A stretch of DNA of 64,000 nt from an uncultured bacterium (GTDB taxonomy: Bacteria; Pseudomonadota; Alphaproteobacteria; SMXQ01). Below are positions 50,954 to 60,350 of the stretch, piece after piece (the stretch's first letter is position 1; each line of letters starts with the position of its first letter). The translations under genes and the position numbers were made by a program. Location: positions 603 through 64,602 of the forward strand of contig CBDUSV010000001.1 of NCBI GenBank assembly GCA_965369885.1. Direction: 5' to 3'. The notes under the pieces were generated by a model that was not told the DNA's origin, did not search any database, and saw only the letters and a program-made list of their open reading frames with translations.

Positions 50954-51820
50954 ATGCCCGAACTGCCTGAAGTTGAGACCGTACGGCGCGGCCTTGCCCC
51001 TGTCCTCGAAGGCCGATGCCTGACAAGGGTGGAACAACGGCGCGAGAACCTCCGCGTCCCGTTTCCCGAAAATTTCGCCGCCCGGCTGCAAGGCCGCCGG
51101 GTGCGCCAATTGGACCGCCGCGGCAAGTACATCCTGGCGCGGTTGGACGACGGCAATGTCTGGGTGATCCATCTCGGCATGTCGGGGCGCATGGTGATCG
51201 ATGAACCCGGCCTGGACGGCGAAGCGGCGGAGCCCGGACGCCACGACCATGTCATCATCGACACCGACCAGGGACGCCGCATCCGCTTTAACGACGCGAG
51301 AAGGTTCGGCCTGATGACGCTCACGCCTGAGAGCGATCTCGCCAGCCACCCCCTGTTCCGCCGTCTCGGGCCCGAGCCCCTGGGCAATGATTTCAACGGC
51401 GTCGCCCTGGCGGCGGCGCTGCGTGGCAAGAAAACCCCGATCAAGTCGGCGCTGCTTGACCAGCATGTGGTCGCAGGCCTCGGCAATATCTATGTCTGCG
51501 AAAGCCTCTACCATGCCGGCATCGCACCTAAGCGACAGGCCCATCGCATCGCCGCCGCCGCCAAGGGAACCCAAGCGGAAAACCTCGCCGGCGCCATCCG
51601 CCAGGTCTTGACCGATGCCATCGCCGCAGGCGGATCAAGCCTGCGCGACCATGTGCAGCCTTCCGGCGAGCTCGGTTATTTCCAGCACCATTTCGCGGTC
51701 TATGGCCGCGAGGGGGAAGCCTGCCCGGATTGCGATTGTGATGTGAAGGGTAAGGGCGGGATCAAACGCATCGTCCAAAGCGGGAGGTCGACATTCTATT
51801 GCGACAATCGCCAGCGTTAG
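50954..51820 (+). CDS. mutM: Formamidopyrimidine-DNA glycosylase
   Basis: The protein has the N-terminal MPELPEVE (Pro2 and Glu3 catalytic residues), an H2TH domain and a C-terminal zinc finger (CxxC…C). The start was taken at the internal ATG of a long track ORF. Confidence 0.9.
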   Translation: MPELPEVETVRRGLAPVLEGRCLTRVEQRRENLRVPFPENFAARLQGRRVRQLDRRGKYILARLDDGNVWVIHLGMSGRMVIDEPGLDGEAAEPGRHDHVIIDTDQGRRIRFNDARRFGLMTLTPESDLASHPLFRRLGPEPLGNDFNGVALAAALRGKKTPIKSALLDQHVVAGLGNIYVCESLYHAGIAPKRQAHRIAAAAKGTQAENLAGAIRQVLTDAIAAGGSSLRDHVQPSGELGYFQHHFAVYGREGEACPDCDCDVKGKGGIKRIVQSGRSTFYCDNRQR

Positions 51821-51938
51821 GGCCACGACGCTTTATGATCACACACCCTAGACGGGGGCCTTGGGCTATGCGATCCTCCGCGCTGATCTTTGGCCGGGCG
51901 TGTTTCCCTAGAGGGTTTTCGTAAGAGACGGCATAGGC

Positions 51939-52619
51939 GTGGTCCGTTTTCAAAATGTCGGCATGCGGTACGGCCTGGGGCCGGAAATTCTGCATGACGT
52001 GTCCTTCATGCTGGAGCCCGGTTCGTTTCATTTCCTCACCGGGCGCTCAGGCGCCGGCAAGTCCTCGTTGCTGAGGCTGTTGTATCTCGCCCACCGCCCG
52101 TCACGCGGTCTTGTCACCATGTTCGACCGTGACATCCTGACGACGCCGCGCCGTGAGTTGCCGGCGCTGCGCAGGAAAATCGGCGTGGTGTTTCAATCCT
52201 TCCGCCTGCTCAATCATCTGACGGTGATGGACAATGTCGCCTTGCCCCTGCGCATCGCCGGAGGCCGGGAACGCGAGATCCGTGAAAACGTCACCGAACT
52301 GTTGGAGTGGGCCGGGCTCAAGGATTGCCTCGATGCCCATCCCGAGACCCTGTCCGGCGGGCAGAAGCAGCGGGTCGCCATCGCCCGCGCGGTGGTGAAC
52401 AAGCCGCGTTTGCTGTTGGCCGACGAGCCGACGGGAAATGTCGATGAAGATATCGCCACGCGGCTTTTGTATCTGTTCGAGGAACTCAACCGGCTGGGCA
52501 CCACCGTCATCATCGCCACCCACTCGGAAGCCCTGGTCACCCGTTTCCGCCACGCCCAGCTGCACCTGGAGGGCGGCGAGCTCACCATCCGCCGCGTCGC
52601 CGCCGTGGGGGCGGCATGA
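51939..52619 (+). CDS. ftsE: Cell division ATP-binding protein FtsE
   Basis: The protein has Walker A (GRSGAGKSSLL), an ABC signature (LSGGQKQR) and Walker B (LLLADEPTGNVD) motifs. Confidence 0.9.
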   Translation: MVRFQNVGMRYGLGPEILHDVSFMLEPGSFHFLTGRSGAGKSSLLRLLYLAHRPSRGLVTMFDRDILTTPRRELPALRRKIGVVFQSFRLLNHLTVMDNVALPLRIAGGREREIRENVTELLEWAGLKDCLDAHPETLSGGQKQRVAIARAVVNKPRLLLADEPTGNVDEDIATRLLYLFEELNRLGTTVIIATHSEALVTRFRHAQLHLEGGELTIRRVAAVGAA

Positions 52620-53524
52620 TTCTAAAAAACCGCACCGATCTGCCTATGCAACAGGATGCCTCGCGGCGTTTCCTGCCTTGGCTGGTGGCGATCATGGTGT
52701 ATCTCGCGACCCTGGCCCTTGCCGGGCTTCTGGTTCTCAATGACGCGGCCGGGCGCTGGGACCAGGGGTTGAGCGGAACCCTGACAGTGCAGATTCCGCC
52801 CTTGACCGGCAAGGCCGCGGCCGGGCGCGGCGCCAAGACCCACCAGCTTAAGCGCGTGGCCAAGGCCGTAAAGGTGCTGCGCGGCACCCCCGGCATCGCC
52901 CAGGTCCGGGTGCTCGGCATTGCCGAGATCAAGGCCCTGCTCGAGCCCTGGCTCGGCACCGGCGACTTCGCCGCCGAATTGCCGCTGCCGGCGCTGATCG
53001 ACGTCAAGATCCGGCCCGAAGCGCGGATCAACATGGATGGTCTTGGCGCGGTGTTGGATGGCGCCGTGCCCGGCGCCACCGTCGACGACCACAGGAAATG
53101 GCTCGAACGTTTGATCCTGCTCGCCCGTTTCACCCAGTTGATCGCCGCCGCAATCGTCTTCCTGGTCAGCGCCGCCGCCGTCGCCACGGTCATTTTCGTG
53201 ACCCGGGCCGGCCTTTCCATCCATCATGAGTTCATCGAGCTCATGCACTTCATCGGCGCCCAGGACGGCTACGTGGCGCGGCAGTTCCAGTTCCAGGCCC
53301 TGGGTCTGGGATTGAGCGGCAGCGTCATCGGCTTCGTCCTCGCCGCCGCAACCTTGCTTGCGCTCGGCTTGATCTCGGCCCAGTTGCAGGCGTCGCTGAT
53401 GCCGAAACTGTCGCTCGATCTGTCGCAATGGCTGATATTGGCCGCAATCCCGGTGATTGTCGCCCTGATCAGCATGATCACCGCCCGCGTCACCGTGCTC
53501 AAGGTGCTGGCGCGGATGCCGTGA
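52616..53524 (+). CDS. ftsX: Cell division permease-like protein FtsX
   Basis: The protein has 4 TM helices and a periplasmic loop. It overlaps ftsE by 4 nt. Confidence 0.85.
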   Translation: MILKNRTDLPMQQDASRRFLPWLVAIMVYLATLALAGLLVLNDAAGRWDQGLSGTLTVQIPPLTGKAAAGRGAKTHQLKRVAKAVKVLRGTPGIAQVRVLGIAEIKALLEPWLGTGDFAAELPLPALIDVKIRPEARINMDGLGAVLDGAVPGATVDDHRKWLERLILLARFTQLIAAAIVFLVSAAAVATVIFVTRAGLSIHHEFIELMHFIGAQDGYVARQFQFQALGLGLSGSVIGFVLAAATLLALGLISAQLQASLMPKLSLDLSQWLILAAIPVIVALISMITARVTVLKVLARMP

Positions 53525-53533
53525 AGGAAGGCG

Positions 53534-54175
53534 ATGGCTAGGCTACATTCCCATGGCTCCCGCCGCCTGGCGAAGTGGACCGCGGTGGTGGTGTTGGCGA
53601 TCATCGCCGGTTGGACCTGGGCGCTGGTGTGGTTCGCCGAAAACATCCCGCGCCAGGTCGCCAACCTGTCGAGCCCGACCGATGCGGTGGTTGTGCTCAC
53701 CGGCGGCAGCGACCGGCTGCGGGCCGGCTTCGAGCTTCTGGCGCAAAAGCGGGCCCGGAAGCTGTTCGTCTCCGGCGTCTATCATGGTGTCGACGTGGCC
53801 GAACTGTTGCGCATGTCGCGCCAGGCGCCGAAGGAATTGGAATGCTGCGTCACCCTCGGCTACACCGCCGACGACACCGAGGGCAATGCCCATGAGACCG
53901 CCCAATGGATGGCCAAGGAGAATTTCCGCTCTCTGCGCCTGGTCACGGCCAATTACCATATGCAGCGCTCGCTGTTGGAATTCCGCCGCGCCATGCCCGC
54001 CATCACCGTGATCCCCCACCCGGTGTTCCCGAAGAATTTCAAGGGCGAGGGCTGGTGGCTCTGGCCCGGCACCACCTCTTTGATCCTTCGCGAACACTTC
54101 AAATATGTCGTGGCCCTCGCCTGGGGCCTTGTTGCCAGTGGCAAAGGGGCGGCCAAGTCCGGTGGGCGGCGATGA
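53534..54175 (+). CDS. YdcF/DUF218 family protein
   Basis: The protein has an N-terminal TM helix and the DUF218 core (…VVVLTGG…). Confidence 0.6.
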   Translation: MARLHSHGSRRLAKWTAVVVLAIIAGWTWALVWFAENIPRQVANLSSPTDAVVVLTGGSDRLRAGFELLAQKRARKLFVSGVYHGVDVAELLRMSRQAPKELECCVTLGYTADDTEGNAHETAQWMAKENFRSLRLVTANYHMQRSLLEFRRAMPAITVIPHPVFPKNFKGEGWWLWPGTTSLILREHFKYVVALAWGLVASGKGAAKSGGRR

Positions 54176-54915
54176 CGGTGCTGCGCTCGGCCCTGTTCTA
54201 TGTCGGAGTCTTCGTGCTCACCGCGGTGATATCGGTGGTCTATTTTCCGCTCCTGGTGGCGCCGCGAAGGGTCATGATTGCGGGTGGTATTTTGTGGTCC
54301 CGCGCCGTGCTCGGCCTGCTGGCCGGCATCACCGGGCTCGGCCACAGGGTCCGGGGCCGCGAACACATTCCCGATGGGCCGGTGATCTTCGCCTCCAAGC
54401 ACCAGTCGGCCTGGGACACGTTCGCTTTCCCCGCGCTGTTGGGCTCGCCCAGCCTGGCGATCAAGAAGGAGCTCTTCCTGATTCCATTCTATGGCTGGTT
54501 TGCGCGCCGCGCCGGCATGATCGGGATCGACCGGGGCGGTGGCGCCCGGGCGCTGAGATCTTTGGTCCGCGGTGGGCGCAAGACCATTGACCAGGGACGG
54601 TCCGTGATTATATTTCCTGAAGGAACCCGGGTCGCTCCCGGACAACACCGGCACTATCAGCCCGGCATAGCCGCGCTCTATAAGGACCTGGACCGCCCGG
54701 TGGTGCCGGTGGCGGTGAATTCCGGTCTGTTCTGGGGCCGGCGCACCTTCATCAAGCATCCCGGCACCATCACCTTGGAGTTCCTGGCCCCGATCGCGCC
54801 CGGCCTTGGCCGCGAAGAATTCATGAATGAGCTTGAACGGCGCATCGAAACCGCGACAAGGCGCCTGGAAGCCGAGGCGACGGGCAAAAACGGCGCGCTG
54901 CCAAGCACGGATTGA
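54172..54915 (+). CDS. 1-acyl-sn-glycerol-3-phosphate acyltransferase family (PlsC-like lysophospholipid acyltransferase)
   Basis: The protein has the HX4D motif (HQSAWD) and an FPEGTR motif. It overlaps the ydcF stop by 4 nt. Confidence 0.75.
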   Translation: MTVLRSALFYVGVFVLTAVISVVYFPLLVAPRRVMIAGGILWSRAVLGLLAGITGLGHRVRGREHIPDGPVIFASKHQSAWDTFAFPALLGSPSLAIKKELFLIPFYGWFARRAGMIGIDRGGGARALRSLVRGGRKTIDQGRSVIIFPEGTRVAPGQHRHYQPGIAALYKDLDRPVVPVAVNSGLFWGRRTFIKHPGTITLEFLAPIAPGLGREEFMNELERRIETATRRLEAEATGKNGALPSTD

Positions 54916-55082
54916 GGTTGCAGCGCCGAAAAAAGCGCCGATCCGCCTTCCGATCACCGGGGACAACTCCGTGGATAAATTGTCTTCGGCCACTTTAGAA
55001 TTGCTGGAAATCACCGGTTCCGGCTATTGCGCCAAAGGTTTAAGCACAATTTGCCCCTTGGAAACATAACAAGAACATTCTC

Positions 55083-55111
55083 TTGACGGCTCCATTGCCG
55101 GTTTCTAGAAT
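55083..55111 (+). promoter_or_regulatory. Strong sigma70-type promoter for nrdJ, defining a ~175-nt leader
   Basis: The -35 is TTGACG (55083-55088), followed by a 17-nt spacer and a -10 of TAGAAT (55106-55111). Confidence 0.45.
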
Positions 55112-55292
55112 GCACCCATACCCATTGGGCCGCTTTTCACGGACCATCGGGACGGGGCCTCGAATCCCTTAGGTTTCTAGGCTTTATACTTGGGTCGCGT
55201 GGGGCGCATCGGGGCTTTTAGAGGATCACACCGGGGATCGGCGGCGGCATTCGGGCCGGGGCCGGCCACTTTTTGGCTCAGCGGAGCAGACA

Positions 55293-57602
55293 ATGACCGG
55301 TATCACAGCCATTTCCCAGCAAATCTGGGACATGAAGTACCGTTTCAAATCCGCCGACGGCGAGCCTGTGGACAAAACCGTCGAGGATAGCTGGCGCCGC
55401 GTCGCCGGCGCCCTCGCCTTGGCGGAAAAAGACCCGGAAGTCTGGGCCGAACGCTTCTTCGACGCCATCAAGGATTTCGAATTTCTGCCCGCCGGGCGCA
55501 TCATCGCCGGCGCCGGGACCAAGCGCAAGGTGACGCTGTTCAACTGTTTCGTCATGGGCGCCATCCCCGACGACATGACCGGCATCTTCGAGAATCTCAC
55601 CGAAGCGGCGCTGACCCTGCAACAGGGCGGCGGCATCGGCTATGACTTCTCCACGCTCCGGCCCAAGGGCGCGCCGGTCCACGGCGTCGGGGCCGATGCC
55701 TCGGGGCCGTTGTCCTTCATGGATGTGTGGGACTCAATGTGCCGAACCATCATGAGCGCGGGCTCGCGCCGCGGTGCCATGATGGCGACGCTTAGATGCG
55801 ACCATCCCGATATCGAGGCCTTCATCGACGCCAAGCGCGAGCCCGGACGGCTGCGCATGTTCAACCTCTCGGTGCTGGTGACCGACGCCTTGATGGACGC
55901 GGTCAAAAGCGACGCAGCGTGGGAGCTCAGCTTCGACGGGGTCTGCTACAAGACCATCGGGGCGCGCCAGCTGTGGGACAAGATCATGGCCGCGACCTAT
56001 GACTGCGCCGAGCCCGGGGTCATCTTCATCGACCGCGTCAATGCCCGCAACAATCTCCATTACTGCGAGGAGATCCACGCCACCAATCCTTGCGGCGAGC
56101 AACCCCTGCCGGCCTATGGCGCCTGTCTGTTGGGCTCGATCAATCTCGCCCGTCTGGTCCGCGATCCGTTCGAGACTTCGGCCGGGCTCGATTTGGCGAG
56201 GCTGCGTGAACTGGTCCCCGTCGCCGTGCGCATGATGGACAACGCCATCGACGTCTCCGACTTCCCCTTGCCTCAGCAGGCCCAAGAGGCCCGTGGCAAG
56301 CGGCGCATCGGCCTCGGCATCACCGGGCTTGCCGACGCCCTGATCATGTGCCGGACCCACTATGGCAGCGCCAAGGGTGTGGCCCTCTCGCAAAGCTGGG
56401 TCAAGGAAATCCAGCGCGCCGCCTATCTGGCGTCCACCGAACTGGCGGCGGAAAAAGGCGCCTTCGAGATGTTCGACGCCGAGCCCTATCTTGGGGGCGA
56501 AACCGTGCGCGAGCTTGACGGCGATATCCGCGACGCCATCGCCAAACACGGCATCCGCAACGCGCTCTTGACCTCGGTGGCGCCGACCGGGACGATTTCC
56601 CTGTTCGCCGACAATGTGTCCTCGGGCCTGGAGCCGGTTTACAGCTTCACCTATTCGCGCGCCATCACCCTTGCCGACGGCACCCGCCACCAAGAAGAAG
56701 TCACCGATTACGCCACCCGGCTCTACCGCCGCCTCAAGGGAGAAAACGCGCCGCTGCCCGACTATTTCACCGATGCCCAGCATCTGAAGCCCCATGAGCA
56801 TATCGCCATGCAGGCGGCGGTTCAGAAATTCATCGATAGCTCGATCTCCAAGACCATCAATCTGCCGGTCGATATCTCCTTCGAGGATTTCAAGGACATC
56901 TATCTCAGCGCCTATGACCCCGGCTGCAAGGGCTGCACCACCTACCGGCCCAATGCGGTGACCGGCGCCGTGCTCGCGGTCGAGGGCGCCGACGCACCCA
57001 AAATGCAACACGAACTTGCCCTCGAAGCGCCGCCGGCCCGGCCCGAGGACAGCTTCGAGGCCGGCGCCGTGGTCTATATGACCCAGCCCTTGAGCCGCCC
57101 CGAGGAGCTTCCCGGCAAGACCTATAAGATCAAGTGGCCGGAAAGCGACCACGCCGTCTACATCACCATCAACGACATCATCCAGGATGGCCGCCGGCGC
57201 CCCTTCGAGATCTTCATCAATACCAAGAACATGGAGAATTTCGCCTGGATGGTGGCGTTGACCCGGATGATCAGCGCCGTGTTCCGGCGCGGCGGCGATG
57301 TCTCCTTCGTGGTCGAGGAATTGAAGGCGGTGTTCGATCCGCGCGGCGGCCATTGGGTCGATGGCAAGTACGTGCCCTCGCTCTTGGCCGCCATTGGCGA
57401 TGTCATCGAGGCCCATATGATCGATATCGGTTTTGTCGCCCAGCCCGAGGGCGCCGTTGCGCCCGGCCCGGAGGCGATCAAGCAGGTGGTGGGGCTCGAA
57501 GACATTCCCTTCCGCCAATGCCCCAAATGCGGCGAGGCCGGCGTCGTGCGCCAGGAAAACTGCGACGTCTGTATCTCCTGCGCCTATTCCAGATGCGGCT
57601 GA
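55293..57602 (+). CDS. nrdJ: Adenosylcobalamin-dependent ribonucleotide reductase (class II)
   Basis: The 769-aa protein has RNR catalytic-core motifs and a C-terminal Cys-rich zinc-ribbon tail (CPKCGEAGVV…CDVCISC). Confidence 0.85.
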   Translation: MTGITAISQQIWDMKYRFKSADGEPVDKTVEDSWRRVAGALALAEKDPEVWAERFFDAIKDFEFLPAGRIIAGAGTKRKVTLFNCFVMGAIPDDMTGIFENLTEAALTLQQGGGIGYDFSTLRPKGAPVHGVGADASGPLSFMDVWDSMCRTIMSAGSRRGAMMATLRCDHPDIEAFIDAKREPGRLRMFNLSVLVTDALMDAVKSDAAWELSFDGVCYKTIGARQLWDKIMAATYDCAEPGVIFIDRVNARNNLHYCEEIHATNPCGEQPLPAYGACLLGSINLARLVRDPFETSAGLDLARLRELVPVAVRMMDNAIDVSDFPLPQQAQEARGKRRIGLGITGLADALIMCRTHYGSAKGVALSQSWVKEIQRAAYLASTELAAEKGAFEMFDAEPYLGGETVRELDGDIRDAIAKHGIRNALLTSVAPTGTISLFADNVSSGLEPVYSFTYSRAITLADGTRHQEEVTDYATRLYRRLKGENAPLPDYFTDAQHLKPHEHIAMQAAVQKFIDSSISKTINLPVDISFEDFKDIYLSAYDPGCKGCTTYRPNAVTGAVLAVEGADAPKMQHELALEAPPARPEDSFEAGAVVYMTQPLSRPEELPGKTYKIKWPESDHAVYITINDIIQDGRRRPFEIFINTKNMENFAWMVALTRMISAVFRRGGDVSFVVEELKAVFDPRGGHWVDGKYVPSLLAAIGDVIEAHMIDIGFVAQPEGAVAPGPEAIKQVVGLEDIPFRQCPKCGEAGVVRQENCDVCISCAYSRCG

Positions 57603-57626
57603 GGGCGCGTCCCCGGCACGAAGCCG

Positions 57627-58205
57627 TCAATCATTGATCTTGGATTCCATCAACGCCCGCACCTTGGCGTCGAGCACGTGCAACGGGCTTTCCTTGATGC
57701 CCATCTCGTCGAGATGGATGACGGTGCTGGCGAGATATTCGTAGTTGGGACCGCTTCTGCCCCGGCCCTGGAAGATCAAGCCCGCCGCTTCATCGGCCGG
57801 CAGTTTCCCGGCGTATTGGTGATGGGAGCGGTCGACCACATAGGCGTAAGCCATCACCCGGTTGGGGCTGCCCTCGGCAGGGGTGACCGTCACCGGGACC
57901 GAGCGCCTTAAATAAACTTCGGTCACCCGTTCGCGCTTATCCAGATAAGCGATCACGTCCACCGCCTTATGCTCGGCGATAAGGAAGGCCTGGCCCTTGC
58001 ACGAGCCGCCGGAATCGAGCCCCAGCACCAACCCGGGGCACTCCTGGGTGCCGCGCCAGACATGGGAATAGATACAGAACGACCGGTGATAGCCGCGCAG
58101 CAGGGCCGGCGCCATCTCCTGATGGTCGAACTGGGGGTTCCACATCAACGACCCGTAGCCAAACACCCAGATGTCGCCCGACTTATCGATCATGTCCACG
58201 TTCAT
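57627..58205 (-). CDS. ChaC-like gamma-glutamylcyclotransferase
   Basis: The protein has the GGCT-fold N-terminal motif (WVFGYGSLMW) and a catalytic Glu region. Confidence 0.7.
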   Translation of the reverse strand: MNVDMIDKSGDIWVFGYGSLMWNPQFDHQEMAPALLRGYHRSFCIYSHVWRGTQECPGLVLGLDSGGSCKGQAFLIAEHKAVDVIAYLDKRERVTEVYLRRSVPVTVTPAEGSPNRVMAYAYVVDRSHHQYAGKLPADEAAGLIFQGRGRSGPNYEYLASTVIHLDEMGIKESPLHVLDAKVRALMESKIND

Positions 58206-58274
58206 CCAAGCTATACGGTGGCGGGTTGACGGACTATACAGGCAAAGGGCATGGACGGGCGTGTGGAAAGGCCG

Positions 58275-59366
58275 ATGGGTTTGAACAGATCATGGTTTTC
58301 ATGGATCGGCTTGGCGGTGTTGGCACTCGCCGTCGGCATGGTTGCCGCCTGGTTCGCCGGCGCCGGGATGGTGCGCGACGGCATCGACGACTGGGCCCGG
58401 AACTGGCGCGACCAGGGCAATTTCGTCAGCTATGGGGATATCAAGATCGAGGGGTTCCCCCTGATCTTCCGCGGCCATATCGCGGACCCGGCGATCGGCC
58501 GCGTCAATGGTAGATCACCATGGCAATGGCGCCCGCCGGCGGGGCTCACACTCACGGTCAAGCCCTGGGACATTCGCCATATGGTCATCGGCCTCGAAGG
58601 TTTGCACCGCATCCGCTACACCGCCCGGGATGCGCCGCGCCAGATCGCGGTCAACGCCGCATCGGGCCAGGCGCGTCTCGGCGCCGGTCTGGTCGGCGCC
58701 GGTGATCTCGACCTTGACGTCCGGGGCATCACCGCCGCCCCTGAGGGGGTGGGCAAAGCCAAGGACGGGGGCAACACCCTCGCCATCCAACAACTCATCC
58801 TGATCGCCAATCACGGACCACTAAGCGGCGCCGATCACCGGACCCCGACGGCGAATGTGACCCTCGGCGTCTTGGGCGTGACGTTGCCCAAGCCCACGTC
58901 CAAGTCCAGGGCCCTAGGCCCGAGGAGCCTTCCTCTCGGCCGCCACATCGACACCGTGAACCTGGTGGCCACGGTGCTGGGGCCGCTGGCGCTCCGTCTT
59001 GGCATCGATGATATCGTCAAATGGCGCGACGGGGGCGGCACCGTTGATATCGAGACCCTGCTGGTTCACTGGGGGCCGCTCAATTTTTCGGCGACCGGGA
59101 CCCTGGCGCTGGATCAGAACTTGCAGCCGCTCCTCGCCATGACCGCCACCATCACCGGCTTCGTTGAGACCATTGATGCCCTGGCCACTGCCAGGGCGAT
59201 CAGGACGCGGGACGCCAACACCGCGAAGATGTTGTTGTCGCTGCTGGCCAAGCGCCCGCAAGGCGGTGGGCCGGCCGAGCTCAAGGTTCCCTTGACGGTG
59301 CAGGACGGCAAGCTGTTCATCGGGCCGGTGGCGCTGATGAAGGTGCCGCGGCTGAACCTGTTTTGA
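58275..59366 (+). CDS. DUF2125 family protein (alphaproteobacterial, membrane-anchored)
   Basis: The protein has an N-terminal TM helix and a Gly/Ala-rich periplasmic body. The start could be 58251 or 58275. Confidence 0.45.
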   Translation: MGLNRSWFSWIGLAVLALAVGMVAAWFAGAGMVRDGIDDWARNWRDQGNFVSYGDIKIEGFPLIFRGHIADPAIGRVNGRSPWQWRPPAGLTLTVKPWDIRHMVIGLEGLHRIRYTARDAPRQIAVNAASGQARLGAGLVGAGDLDLDVRGITAAPEGVGKAKDGGNTLAIQQLILIANHGPLSGADHRTPTANVTLGVLGVTLPKPTSKSRALGPRSLPLGRHIDTVNLVATVLGPLALRLGIDDIVKWRDGGGTVDIETLLVHWGPLNFSATGTLALDQNLQPLLAMTATITGFVETIDALATARAIRTRDANTAKMLLSLLAKRPQGGGPAELKVPLTVQDGKLFIGPVALMKVPRLNLF

Positions 59367-59399
59367 CAATTCGCGAAAAGTGCACCGAAAGCGGCAGCT

Positions 59400-60329
59400 T
59401 TAGGCCTGCCCGGCGTCGATGATGGAGCGGCGGATCTCGCGGGTCCGGGCAAACATTTCTTCGAGCTTGTCGCCTTCGCCATGACGAATCGCCCGCTGCA
59501 AAGCCACCAGGTCCTCATTCAGCCTTCCCAGCATCTCCAGCACCGCTTCGCGGTTGTTGAGGAAGATGTCGCGCCACATCACCGGATCGGAGGCGGCGAT
59601 ACGGGTGAAGTCACGGAACCCGCCGGCGGCGAACTTGATGACCTCCGATTGCAGGTGGTCTTCGAGATCGGTCGCGGTGCCGACGATGGTGAAGGCGATG
59701 AGGTGGGGCAGATGGGACGTGATCGCCAGCACCAGGTCGTGATGGGCGGCGTCCATGATGTCGACCTGGCAGCCGGCGCGCCGCCACAGTTCCGACATCT
59801 TTTCCACCGCCGCCTCATCGGTTTCCGGCGGTGGCGTCAGGATGCACCAGCGGTCCTCGAACAATTCGGCGAAGCCGGCATCGGGGCCCGAATGCTCGGT
59901 CCCGGCCACCGGATGGCAGGGCACCAGATGGACCCCTTGCGCCACAGCCGGGGACAAATATTCGATCACCGCCTGCTTGACCGATCCGACATCGGCGAGG
60001 ATGGCGCCGGGCTTGAGTTTGCCGGTGATGGCCGCCGCGATGTCGGCATAGGCGCCAATCGGGGTGCAGATCACCACCAGATCGGCCTCGGCGGCGGCCT
60101 CGGCGGCCTCGGCGGTGACGCTATCGACGAAGCCGAGCTCTAAGGCGCGCTTGCGGGTCTTGTCGCTTTGCGCCACGCCGACAATGTGACCGGCAAGGCC
60201 TTCGCGCTTCATCACCCGGGCGAGGGACGATCCGATCAGCCCAAGGCCGATCAAAGCGACCCGGGTGAACATTTCGCCGCCGCCGGTGGTGGCATTCGCG
60301 CCGGATTGTGAGGTGGGTGTTTTCGCCAT
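59400..60329 (-). CDS. Prephenate/arogenate (cyclohexadienyl) dehydrogenase
   Basis: The protein has a Rossmann NAD(P) motif (VALIGLGLIGSS). Conserved hisC-tyrC pairing supports the call. Confidence 0.8.
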   Translation of the reverse strand: MAKTPTSQSGANATTGGGEMFTRVALIGLGLIGSSLARVMKREGLAGHIVGVAQSDKTRKRALELGFVDSVTAEAAEAAAEADLVVICTPIGAYADIAAAITGKLKPGAILADVGSVKQAVIEYLSPAVAQGVHLVPCHPVAGTEHSGPDAGFAELFEDRWCILTPPPETDEAAVEKMSELWRRAGCQVDIMDAAHHDLVLAITSHLPHLIAFTIVGTATDLEDHLQSEVIKFAAGGFRDFTRIAASDPVMWRDIFLNNREAVLEMLGRLNEDLVALQRAIRHGEGDKLEEMFARTREIRRSIIDAGQA

Positions 60330-60350
60330 GGTGGGTTCCGCAATCCCGGC

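Noticed and set aside
55140-55200. Possible tRNA, because of a T-arm-like GGGGCCTCGAATCCC segment in the nrdJ leader.
   Set aside because: There is no complementary acceptor stem, D-arm or anticodon-arm geometry around it. The segment lies inside a 5' UTR.
55240-55292. Cobalamin riboswitch upstream of nrdJ, suggested by a GCCACT fragment.
   Set aside because: Only a fragmentary B12-box-like hexamer is present, with no GGUGAAAUUCC-type core elements. A B12 repressing riboswitch on a B12-dependent RNR is also not expected biologically.
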